Assembly: GCA_030248215.1 (NCBI GenBank)
Contig: JASANG010002092.1
Span: 372,001-436,000, forward strand
DNA from: Enoplolaimus lenunculus
Taxonomy: Eukaryota
Direction: 5' to 3'
DNA length: 64,000 bases
Part shown: in pieces, positions 53,247-64,000 of the stretch
How positions within the stretch are numbered: the first letter of the stretch is position 1
Layout: each line of letters opens with the position of its first letter
Made by a program: the position numbers and the translations under genes
The notes under the pieces: generated by a model
Told to the model about the DNA's origin: nothing
The model's database searches: none
What the model saw: the letters and a program-made list of their open reading frames with translations, nothing else

Positions 53247-54332
53247 ATATATATCTGCCTGTGCATATGTAAACAGGAGCGCATAAGTGTGCACTCCGGG
53301 TATATTTGTGTCCCGGGAAATTCGTGTGGTTAACAAGTATGGCCAGATAACTGGTTTGGAGCGCTGCCAATGATTTGGAACAGTGCCAATCCTGGTATTT
53401 CAAAATAACTCGTTAACTAGACGACGTTTGACTGCAAAATTTTTTACACCATTCGACTCAGCTCCACAAGCTACGTTGAATGACTATTAACGAGTCTTAC
53501 TTTTTGACAAGGAATTTTTTTGGATCGCAGAGTACCTGGACCTTAAAACTACAATTTTTAAAAAATTCCAATTTAAGCATGGAATGATCGGGGGAGGTCA
53601 TAAGAAGCTGAAATATGCAAAAAATTTGCAAAAAACCTGACAATCAAATTTTTCGAGACCACCATAAAGATACAAAACAAACTCACTAAATAAGTACCAT
53701 ATTAACTTTTACAAAAATATTAAAAATGCCAAAATTTCCGGAATTTTGCAAAATTTCGATCAGCGCCGGAGATACATACACCTCCGGTTGTACGCTGACC
53801 TATACCACCAACCCTTTAATCGGCATCGGTGATATGGACACTTTATGCGAGTCGACATCGGCTTTAGCACTGGAAAAATGGCCGATACTTTGCAGATACT
53901 TTTTACACTTAGCTGTGAGTACGAAAGTTTACTCCTAACAGCGAGTTAGAATGTTTTCTATTTCGCTTGAGATCGTATAACAATGAGTTTAATCATTAAA
54001 CTGTGATGTCTGGCGCCTTTGAATTGAAAAAATTCATTAAAATGAACCGTTCTACATTAATAATGCTAGTTGGTATTTTGCAGGATTTAAGTTTTCGCAT
54101 TTTATTGTGTAATGTAGCAATACTAGTGGTTTATTGACCAGCATGTATCAAAAGTGATATCGGTAAAATTAAAATATAAACCTTGGCATCATTATCCGCG
54201 GCGGCAAAATTTTTTATGTCCGTGCATCACTACCCTATACCGTAGGACAACTTCCATGTCAACACCATTACAACCCTTTATGACTTTCGCAAACAAATTA
54301 ATATTATTTTTGTCTGTTACAGCTGGCTGGAT

Positions 54333-56930
54333 TCAAGTAACTGTCGTCAAATTGTACATCAATTGCGCATGTAACCCATCAACAGTAGTAGCCAAGGGAA
54401 ACTGCGCCATTTCAATTAGCCGTGCGAGATTTTTGTGAAATACACAGTCGTTATAAAGTTGTCCAATAGGATCATGCGAAACTGACTCTTTGTTGGTATC
54501 ATAGAAGGCCTGTTCTTCCTCAAACACAATTTTCGCAATATCCAACCAACTATTTAAGCATGATTGTGCGAACTGAAATAAACACACCCATGTGAATAGT
54601 AATATGCGAAGGAAGTGTATAGACGATGAAAACACAACAAACAGACCGTGATTAAAGCACTGGTAACGGAAAACAGATGATAATAACAGCAGTCCAACAA
54701 CATTATCTTTCCGCCAACAGAATTACCACCTACACACATTTGATTTGTTTTTAAATTTTGCTAGAAAGTTGGATGAAATTCTGCATTAGTTCCCTTATTT
54801 ATAACATTTACACAGGAAGTTTTAAAAAATGATATTAGACGAATTTTAATTTACCTGATGTGAGCCTGGTGGTTTGGAGCAAACTTGCACAGGTATAGTA
54901 ACGTGGATCAACCCGTTGGACGGTGTGTGTTCCGACTGGAAACATATTACTTTTGTTTGGCTCACTTGCGTAGATTCATCTCTATCGTACACACCAAAAA
55001 TGATGCCAACAAAGGCACCAAACCTCTGATACTAAACAAAAAAATTATTCTCACAATATATATTATGGAAAATGAAAAATACATGCCACCGAAAAATTAA
55101 TTTTAATTTTCTTTTTTGCAATATTATTGGTGATGGTGAAATAACCTTTTGCAATATTATTGGTGATGGAGAAATAACCCAAGTTGATGATAGGTATTCA
55201 CTTTATCTGTTGTATTTTACATTTTCATAAACCACGGCAGCGAAACCTACCTTCGATGGTTTATTTTTGGCGATTTTCAAGGTTTGCATACTTTACTAAT
55301 GAAATCTACTTAATTTTTATCGTCATTTTATAGCAAAACATATTAATTTCCACCGACACGGGTATTCCGGGTATTTTAGCCGAAAAATTCCGGGTCCGGA
55401 TTTTCCCTTGAAGAAACTCCGGGTGCAGGTCCGGGTTTTCACAACAAATCATTCCGGGTCCGGTTATTACAAAAATATTCTGACAAAATACCTGAAATAA
55501 AATTAGCTTCGTGATTTTAACATCCCGAACCTAACCTAAATGCGAAGCTTTATTCTGCTAAAGACCCGTCGCCTCAAGATACGTATACTTGGGTTACGAT
55601 TACGAATGCTTAATTAGGATAATTTGGAATGGTCGATATGCAGAGACATGAAATGTCTCATTTTAAGTTATTAATTCGACATTTTACTTTTGTGAATGAC
55701 ATTAGTCGCTTCGCATTGCATACCGCACATTACTATTTTACACACTGAGCTGCCAGATAGATGGAGACAAAAACTTTTTCCTATCTTTAAAAAATTAAAA
55801 TCATGTTCAGTTTTTAATTCATAAAAATTCCGAGCCCGGGTTGACCCGGATAATGAATCCGGGTCCGGGTTTGCATTATTAAAAACTCCAGTTCCGGGTT
55901 CCGGTTTTTCTTACAGAAAAATCCGGGTCCGGGTATTTATTTTTAAATGTTGCAACTCTATATAAAACTCTGCATCACCCAAAGATAACATTACTTACCG
56001 AATATTGAGTCGATACATCGACTTTCGATGGAAATACTGTAATATGTGGATGTGAATGATACCAGCCAACAACGCCAAGTTTTTGGTTATTTAATGGCGG
56101 TTCCTGTTAAAAGGAAAATCATTGAATTCACACAATTTTCCGATAAACATCTTACATAATTCACGAAGCCCATAGTACTGCATAAAATCCTAGCCATTTC
56201 TATACACTGAGAAACCACTATGGCACTATCATACTTACTTAAAAGAAATAAGTTAATTAACCTGATTTATAAATTGAACAAACTCTTTAACGTTTTCTGC
56301 AACTTCAAGTAAATAGGTATTGTAGCTGGCATGTACTCCATCTGAGATATCCATTAAACAATAATTAGTTATGACAATCGTTAATTACGATTGGTTATAT
56401 ATACCTACTTCTACAGACAATCTATCAGCAATTTCAACACCGCATGCCATTTTTTCAGGCGCAATTTCAACGCGATCTTTTCGTTTGTCCAGTCGTGGTA
56501 ACACAGCTAAAGAAACGACATGACAAACTTCGTTCTAAAATGAAAAAACATCAAATACTCAAATAAAACTTAACCAGTTAAGTGCTGTGGGGTGATGGCA
56601 TGTAATTAAGGACAGACTGAGCGTTTATGTCAAAAATATTGCAATGAATTAATTGTCAAACATAAATTGATGCAGTAAAGCACTGCAACATTGTCTTTAC
56701 TTTGTGTCGTCTACATAAATAAAGAAATGAATCTGTTTCGGAGTTAAGGACCTAAATATAAACTATTGTTTCCATCTACTAATACGACATGCAGTAGAAC
56801 ACGTATTTACTTCAAAAAATCCAATCAGGAGTCCCATAACTTCTTCGACTTCAGTTGACAATGCATGTGATATACAAACCAAATACACATCAGACGACAA
56901 CAAAACCTTGCTGACTTTATTAGATGCCAT
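54333..56930 (-). CDS. BRCC3: Lys63-specific JAMM/MPN+ deubiquitinase BRCC36 (255 aa, or 283 aa with the optional exon)
   Basis: Exons 56811-56930, 56409-56534 (or 56405-56534 plus 56262-56341), 55999-56103, 54855-55031, 54333-54572 (TGA). Motifs: VYLVCISHALSTEVEEVMGLLIG (catalytic Glu), DKRKDRVEI, intact JAMM motif VVGWYHSHPHITVFPSKVD, FVGIIF...CFQS, KIVFEEEQAFY...LYNDCVFHKNL. Confidence 0.92.
55357..55960. mobile_element. hAT-like MITE with CCGGGT subterminal repeats in BRCC36 intron 3
   Basis: Clusters of TCCGGGTCCGGG at both ends; right terminus TGCAACTCTA; left terminus eroded. Confidence 0.5.
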
Positions 56931-57459
56931 GACTATTACGTGATTACTGCTGAAATAAACCATACAGTAGGACCATAGCGAATTCCGTACTCCGGATTTT
57001 GACCACGGGTTTTTAAGCGCAATCAACTCATATACATATACGAGCGTATGTAAGCCAGCCCAACTCAAACCGTATATTCGGTCCGATAATAAATTCCTAT
57101 ATTTTTAGTATCCAGTTTCGGTTTTGAATCAGGTAATTTTCACCAAATTTTACAGTAGTCTCGAAGATGATACTATTAAAATCATACCTTAAAGCTGGAA
57201 CTTTTGATAAATCAGTTTTGCGCTTCAATTTAGACGGTAAAACGTTGTATGGTATAGCGCCTTTAAGATGCTCACTACTAGACTTGACATTATATCAATT
57301 GTACATTATGTACAATGTCGACTTGTACTTATGACGATTCTTCGTCGGGAATCGCCACTGTAGCGGTTAAGCCTCAGTCAATAATACTTATAGGCCGGTG
57401 TCCTACAGTTGGTCTTACGAGTAACATCGCGTTGTCTGGGGTATGCTGGTGACTGCCAT

Positions 57460-58510
57460 GCAAGTTAGTTATTAGCTAATTTATTGGTTTTAGAGATTTG
57501 TAAACAATTTATTCAGATTCCTCGCACTCAAAAACCCTTCAGTAACCGTAATAATTTGAGAAATAATTTAAAAAGCCATTATTTAAGCTTATCAATTAAG
57601 GAAATATGCAAATTAGCTATTAGCTAACTATTCCATAGTCGGTTTTGAAGGTTTGTAGACAATTTATTCAGATTCCTCGCACCCAAAAAACCATTATTGC
57701 TGAAATTAGACTGCTTGCAACCCTAATTAGTGAAATATTGCAAAAATGCCTAATTTAGGCTTATCAATTATGCTTATATGCAAATTATATATTTTGCTAA
57801 CTAACCAATTATCGGTTTTAGACGTTTGTGATTAATTTATTCAGATTCCTCGCACCCAAAAACCTTCAGTAAACCCCAATAATTATTGAAATAATTTAAA
57901 AAGCCCTAATTTTATCTTGTCAATTAAGCTATTATGCAAATTACGTATCAGCTAACTATTCAATTATCGGTTTTGAAGGTTTGTAAACAATTTATTCAAG
58001 TTACTCGCACTTGAAAACCCTTTAGTTCTGAAATTATATTGCTTTTGATCTTAATAAATACTGAAATATTGTAAAAAACCTAATTTAGGCTTATAACCTT
58101 TGCTATTATGCAAATTATCTATTAGCTAACTACTCAATTATCGGTTTTGAAGGTTTGTAAACAGTCTATGCAGATTCCTCGCACCCAAAAACCCTTTAAT
58201 GCTGAAATAAAATTGCTTGTAACTGTAATAATTAGTGAAATATATAATGTAGAAAGTACTAATTTAGGTTCAATTAATTATGCAAATTAGCTTGTAGCTA
58301 ATAAATGGCTTAAAATTTTAAAACCCCAATGCTAGGTTAACATTCCATGATAATTGGCTTTCAAACAAAAAAAGGTCATCAAAATCGGTTCAGCCGTTCC
58401 TGAGATTCTTTTCGGACGGACATACGGACATCCACCTTTCGACCCCAGAGTACAAAACATAAAACGCTTCGCGAAACTCCGAGATTCGCTCGGAGTTTAG
58501 CTTCGCTCAA
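57460..58510 (-). mobile_element. HINE-like element, 3'-truncated, with about 5 tandem units
   Basis: Head at 58270-58510 is nearly identical to 34670-34915 (CGGACGGACA microsatellite, GCTTCGCTCAA subTIR); ATGCAAATTA units every 156-174 bp. Confidence 0.8.
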
Positions 58511-60021
58511 TTATTAGTTCAAGGACGTTTACGGATATGTCGGTCACGCATATTACTTGTAGCGTTAGTTTCGTTTGTTTCGTTCGTTATCATTGCGTTA
58601 TATCGCTGCCATTCGCATCTGCCGCTCGTTAGTTTTGTTCGTTTGCATTACGTTGCGTTATTGGACGATTATATATACGTTTCGTCTTATATTCATTGGT
58701 GCATCACGGGTTTTCGAAACCATTCTTCTTTTTAGATCGAACGGTCTTTGCATGCCAAGGGACGGCATGACATGAGTGAGAGAATGTCGAGTGGGGCCCC
58801 AGTGTGCACTCTGTGACACACTGGTGCTCAAGCTCGGTGTCACTTGACCTCTAGCAATGTCGTTTGCTTGACATGCATTAATTCCCGTCTCAATCTCCGT
58901 CTCTAGGTTGTGATATGTGCATATCCGGTGCCACGTTATTCTTGTCATTTTGCATATTTGTGTCCAATATAATTGTACTTTATTTCCAGGCAAATTCTTT
59001 AAAACTTATACCATTTCTGACGAAATTCCATTATTTCACTGTCACGCTTTTAACATATGTGCTTTAACTATTGTTTTCAGGCATTAAACGCTCAATATCA
59101 TATTTTTGAGATTTTGTGTGTGCTCATTTTCATGTTTTCAGGCGTTCTTTTCCCATCTCTAACTAATTTCCAGGCGCTCATTCCATTTCACACCTCCATT
59201 TCTGACAATTCTTGTCCATTTACGTCTTTTACCATGTCCACATTTGTCATGATTGTTATTATTATTGATTATTCTGGAAATTTCATGCTGCATGGGCGTA
59301 GCTAGCTAGTAATTTCCGGGTGCTTCACTATATGTTGTTTAACCATTTTTAGCGAGTTAATAGCAATTTCTGGAATAGTATTTTCCCGCATTCAGAGTAA
59401 AATAATCTACTTAGTATCGGAATCAGCATAATTCAAAGGCTACGAATCACAGTTTGACATTTTAATACTTGTTGTAATTACAGATTTTTGGACCGTTACG
59501 GAATTTCAGTATGTAACAGTTGCGTGAGCTGTGTTTGAAAGAACCTGACCAAATTTGGCGTAGTATTTTCGTTTACATTAAACTTTCTATATATGTATAC
59601 TTTCCGGTCGTATAGACCCCAGCTCGAAAGTTATTCTCGGTAAAATTCTCAAAAACGCATTAATACGTGAAGCGACTATCGGTTCTGAGTATATACATAT
59701 CATTTGTTATATATTTGTATTGCTCGCCAGTAAATCTACCAAAACCCTGTGTTACAGGTGTGTATACGCCGCAGGGACGCCGAAGTCGAAACCCGTGTTG
59801 TCGCGTTGCAGGACCACTCATGACCCAGACCATGCCCGCCTTTGGATCGGTCGAAAATAACCGTTTTTGACCCGGGTATTGCATGATGGAATACCCGAAT
59901 AATATCATACACATAAAAATGTCAACACGTAATGCACATTGCATAGTAGCTACTCAGGTGCACAGCGTAGTACACTAGTAAAAGAATGCATATAATCGCT
60001 AGCACAAGTAGTTAAAGCAGT

Positions 60022-60094
60022 GCCGCAATAGCTCAGTTGGTATAGAGCGGTGGCCCGGATAGGCAAATGTCGCTGGTTCAAATCCAGCCGCGGT
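60022..60094 (+). pseudogene. tRNA-like sequence (probable tRNA pseudogene or SINE head; anticodon not assignable)
   Basis: D arm GCTC-AGTTGGTATA-GAGC and T arm GCTGG-TTCAAAT-CCAGC pair perfectly; acceptor GCCGCA/CGCGGT is short; anticodon stem is irregular. Confidence 0.6.
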
Positions 60095-60861
60095 CAATTG
60101 TTTCAACTACTTCACACTGACATAACATTTACATTCATTGCCCTTAGCACCGCGCCCCTTACAATCCAGACCTTACAGAGGGCCGAGGTTCATTTCCCGG
60201 CGTGGTAACTTTAGGCAACACTTCGAACCGGGTCGTCCAGTCCGTATAGCACCAACATCAGCAAGTTATTCTTCATTGTCCGGTTCCAGTTATAAATCCA
60301 GCATTATCATTTTGAAATTCTGATTGCAACCTGAAACGATCATAAACACACCTGCCATAATCGAGGTCTTCAATATTCACAAACGAGACACTAGCTACTT
60401 AATTTAAAACTAACAATGGACAAATCGGGTCTGCAACTTGGTTCGTGCTATATTTATGGCCGATGTTTTCAAACTCATTGCAGTTGCTTCACTAAAATTG
60501 GTACGGTAATAGAGCAAATCATATGCGAAAATGTGCTGAATCTAAGCCTCAGCATTTACTTTGTTTGAAAGTTAAAGGGCCTATCACCAACTGGGGATAG
60601 GTGCTACACATATTTGAAAATACGAGCCTATATTTTAATCAGTCATTAACCGATTATTACAAATAGGACAGAATGAGGAAGTCAAATGAAATAATGACCA
60701 AGGTGCCTGAGAGCTCAAGCAACTAGATGATGCAAACTCCTATTTTGTTTCGAAAACGGGCTTATCAGGAAACAGCAGTAGGTAAAAAACTTCAGCCGGG
60801 TAGGTAAAATTTGCTGGATCCGGAGATGAAGCAAAAAGGGAAGCTATAATTACAACCATTC

Positions 60862-61097
60862 TTAAACCCCTTCTCACATTGAGTTGCCTATAGGTTCGCA
60901 CCGTGTTTAACAATTGCAACACGTATACATAGTACTAAATCACCACAAGACGTGAGAGCCCCCTCGGGCTCGAGCGTCAAGCTCCTATAGCTGAGTGGTG
61001 ATGGTATACGCCTCCCACTCCAGTTACCGGAGTTCGAATCCTAGCATAAAAGTAGGTCTCAGGGGAAATAGAAAATTTTCATGTGAGAAAGGGTTAA
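60862..61097 (+). mobile_element. piggyBac-like MITE carrying a tRNA-like Pol III promoter
   Basis: TTAA(A)CCCCTTCTCACAT...ATGTGAGAAAGGG-TTAA; internal A-box TAGCTGAGTGG and B-box AGTTCGAATCC (60981-61045). Confidence 0.7.
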
Positions 61098-61636
61098 GCG
61101 AAAAATTTTCAGTTTACTGTCTTTAATATTTTTCAATACTATAATGAAAAATTACGAGATATGCGTATAATATGTAGTAAGTGAATTTTGAGAATGAAAT
61201 CCAGAATTTTCGTACCTCTTTAATAGCGGAAGCAGGCACTGATTATTACCGGAAACGGATATTCGGTCGCGTACTGTGCTGAAATACATGGAACGGCCGG
61301 CAAAATTCTGCCGGAACCGAGCGTACATTTTCAGCCGTACGTACCTACATTTTCAGCCGTACGTAGGCCGGCTGTATTCTGCGACAGATGTATATATCAG
61401 GGGCGGAATGGTTTTTCGCTGGAATGCTATATAAACGTTAGCTTTAAATAATAGACTTAAATTTTTTGCTTAACCCTTTCTCACTTGAATTTTTGCAAAA
61501 CCATGCTTCGGAATAGTCTCACCAAACCTTGTACACCCGTATAAAAAGTACGTTAGTTTGCGGAGGCGGCTGTATAGGTTCTCAACAGCTTGCTAATTGA
61601 AACAATATGCAATAAAATAAAAGCGTTACTTTTCCA

Positions 61637-61890
61637 TTAACCCTTTCTCACATGAATATTTTCAATTTCAAATGAGACGTAATTTCAAGGTAAGATTCGA
61701 ACCCCAGTCTCACTTGTGGGACGCGTTTACGATGACCACTGAGCTATAGGAGCTTGAGGGGGCTCTCACGTCTTGTGGAGATTTTGCACTCCGCATATAT
61801 CTTACAATTGTTAAACGCTGCTCACAGTGTATATATTGCTCGTATATTAATTGTATTTAGTTGCTCATACTCTATGAGCGAGAGGGTTAA
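61637..61890 (-). mobile_element. Second, inverted copy of the tRNA-bearing piggyBac-like MITE
   Basis: TTAA-CCCTTTCTCACAT...ATGAGCGAGAGGG-TTAA; its reverse complement contains CCACAAGACGTGAGAGCCCCCTCAAGCTCCTATAGCTCAGTGG...GGGTTCGAATC, matching 60862-61097. Confidence 0.7.
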
Positions 61891-62611
61891 AAATACTCAA
61901 TATTTCCATTATTTCGTTATAATTTGAACGAACGTCTTTATCGTTCCTCACTAGAACCGGACATCTGGGCATGCCACGCACTCAAAGATTACTCTACGAT
62001 TTATACAAATAATTTATGACCAGTGCGAACATATTTTTAAATGCATCAAGGATGTATACAAATTAATTCACACTATAACGATGGAGTTATATAAAAATGA
62101 CAAAAGTTTTTACCCTAAAAATTGATTAAAACTTGTTTGTTCAAACATGTAATAAATGATCAGCAGGGTACAACCGGAGGTATGTCTTCGACTCCGAGAG
62201 AAAATCGACCTCCGGCTCCGGTAGTATTATTGCCAGAGGTTGCGCCATTTCGGTAACAAAATTTTGCATATTTTGCAAAATTTATCTGTTTAGCGCGTTT
62301 TGTTTTTGTCACAATTTTCAGGATAGAATTTCCAAAATTTCGCAGATTTGCGTTATAAAACCAAAAAAATTAACATATTGCAGATATTGGCTGAATTTAA
62401 CGAAATAACCATAATTTTACCACCTAATTTCACCTCACCTCCGGCTCCAACAAATTCACTGAAAAAGAGTACTGATGAATTAACATCTAGCCTGCTCTAA
62501 AAATACGCTACTAAATTTACTTCGATCAAAGAGATAGCAATGTTATAAAACAGGGTTCATGTTAACTTCGCTGACGTCCCAAAATCCCACCATCAAATCA
62601 AAAGAATTTGA

Positions 62612-63110
62612 GGTATGGTGGAACGTGGAATTTTAGGATACAGGTGGCATGTTTGTGATTTCGGGATATAGTCCCAGATGGCATTTTGGGATATGGTCGA
62701 ACGTGGGATTTCGGGATATGGCGGAAGGTATGATTTCGGGATATGGTCGAAGGTGTGATTTTGGGATATGGTCGATGTGGGATTTTAGGATATGGCTGAG
62801 GTGGGATTTCGGAATATGGTCGAAGGTGAAATAATGGGATTAGTTTAGTGGTCGTAGGTGCAATTTTGGGATATTATCGAAGGTAGGATCTAGGGATATT
62901 GTCAAAGGTAGGGTCTAGGGATATTGTCGAAGGTAGGATCTAGGGAAATTGTCGAAGGTGAAATTGTGGGATATGGTAGGTGGGATTTCGGGACATTGCT
63001 GAACTGGGAATTATGGGATTTCCTGTTTAAACCAAATCCTATTCCTAAAGCCTCAGCATAAGCCTATGCTATTTAGGGATATGGTCGAACGTGGAATTTA
63101 ATTTTGGGAT
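62612..63110. repeat. G-rich 25-bp minisatellite
   Basis: Units such as ATATGGTCGAAGGTGGGATTTCGGG and ATATTGTCGAAGGTAGGATCTAGGG, tandemly repeated about 15 times. Confidence 0.85.
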
Positions 63111-63379
63111 TTCATGATTAAACCAAACACTATTCCTAAGGCCTCATGCTAAGCCATTTACGATCTAATTTATGCTTAAACCAAAGCCTGCTTTTAAGAC
63201 TACACCTAAGCCAACGCCTAAAGCTAAGCCGAACATTGAGTCCAAGGGTCATTTAAGATTTAATCCGTGTTTAAACCATAGCCTACTCTTAAAGGCTAAG
63301 CCTAAACCAAAACTGGCCCATGTATAGAACAGGTTCGGTACTGTGGTATACAAGGACCCCTAGGCTTAATCCTATTAAA

Positions 63380-63922
63380 TAGGGATGTGCCGATACCAAA
63401 ACTTTTGCCGATGCTGATACTGATTTTTATTTTGAAATTTTGCCGATGCCGATTTTAACTTTAGTACACCACGCCTAATAAAAGACAGGATACCACATTA
63501 CATAATTATATGAAGACTTAAACCCTAGCATCATAAACGATTCGACCAATGTTTCTTTACGGGGCGTAACAGTATATTAAGCGCATTCCTAAGCGTAAGC
63601 CTAAGCGTTGCAAAAACGAATTCCTAAGCCTAAGCAAAAAATGTAATCTAGAATCTAAACCTACTTTTTTGTAAACCCAACAGAAACCTGGACGCTTCTT
63701 AAAGTAACATGGGGCAACGATTCAATAAATGTTATCAAACACAAGCGCATAAGAGTACAGTTTTCATGACCAAACACCAGATATGCGCCCAGAAATGAAA
63801 CTAATGGCATGCCAACTGACTGTTATATGTGCAAAAAGTATCGGCAATTTTTTGCAGCGCCCATGCTCATACTCACGAAAACTGCCGATTATTACCGATG
63901 CCATTTAATCGGCACATCCCTA
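63380..63922. mobile_element. hAT MITE (family F)
   Basis: TIR TAGGGATGTGCCGAT at both ends; near-TSD CTATTAAA / CTGTTAAC. Confidence 0.8.
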
Positions 63923-64000
63923 CTGTTAACACTAAGCTGCAGCCTAAGTCAAAGACTAAGCTTATTAGGCTGACACCTCTAAAGCCTGTACCTAATTTTA

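Noticed and set aside
52908..53403. Cys-rich CPVCPICP metal-binding-like ORF and collagen-like GQ ORF
   Set aside because: Both are translations of the GGGACA minisatellite.
54966..55031. Shorter BRCC36 exon 4 ending at CAA|GTGAGC
   Set aside because: Reading through keeps the conserved CFQS and IP motifs and the correct phase to the donor at 54854.
55114..55179. 33-bp tandem duplication in BRCC36 intron 3
   Set aside because: Simple local duplication with no splice or coding signal.
58575..60340. Possible small gene or pseudogene (ORFs 58658-58993, 59660-59944, 60138-60323)
   Set aside because: No recognisable homology, stops in candidate exon frames, and internal degenerate repetition; it needs a BLASTX search.

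Overview
AT-rich, intron-rich animal genomic DNA, most likely a nematode and probably an early-branching one (inferred from TTTCAG-type acceptors, degenerate TTAGGC-like repeats and a nematode-like talin). I could reconstruct three spliced protein-coding genes by hand. (1) Talin on the minus strand: ATG at 22866, 31 core exons (about 1423 codons, FERM head to the start of rod R7), running off the left edge. (2) TAF4 on the plus strand: 38997-51736, 11 exons, about 1101 aa. (3) The JAMM deubiquitinase BRCC36/BRCC3 on the minus strand: 56930-54333, convergent with TAF4. Introns and the 16-kb talin-TAF4 intergenic region are packed with non-autonomous DNA transposons: several hAT MITE families with 8-bp TSDs, DINE-1/HINE-like Helentron elements with internal ~155-175 bp tandem repeats, an 800-bp G-rich TIR element with a 5-bp TSD, and piggyBac-like MITEs carrying tRNA-like Pol III promoters. 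The most interesting signals are an apparent microexon born by tandem exon-end+intron duplication in talin, a cluster of candidate alternative exons in the talin head-rod linker, an extra BRCC36 exon coupled to a tandem donor, and tRNA-bearing DNA-transposon MITEs. All exon calls rest on splice signals, phase and remembered protein similarity; no RNA evidence or database search was available.
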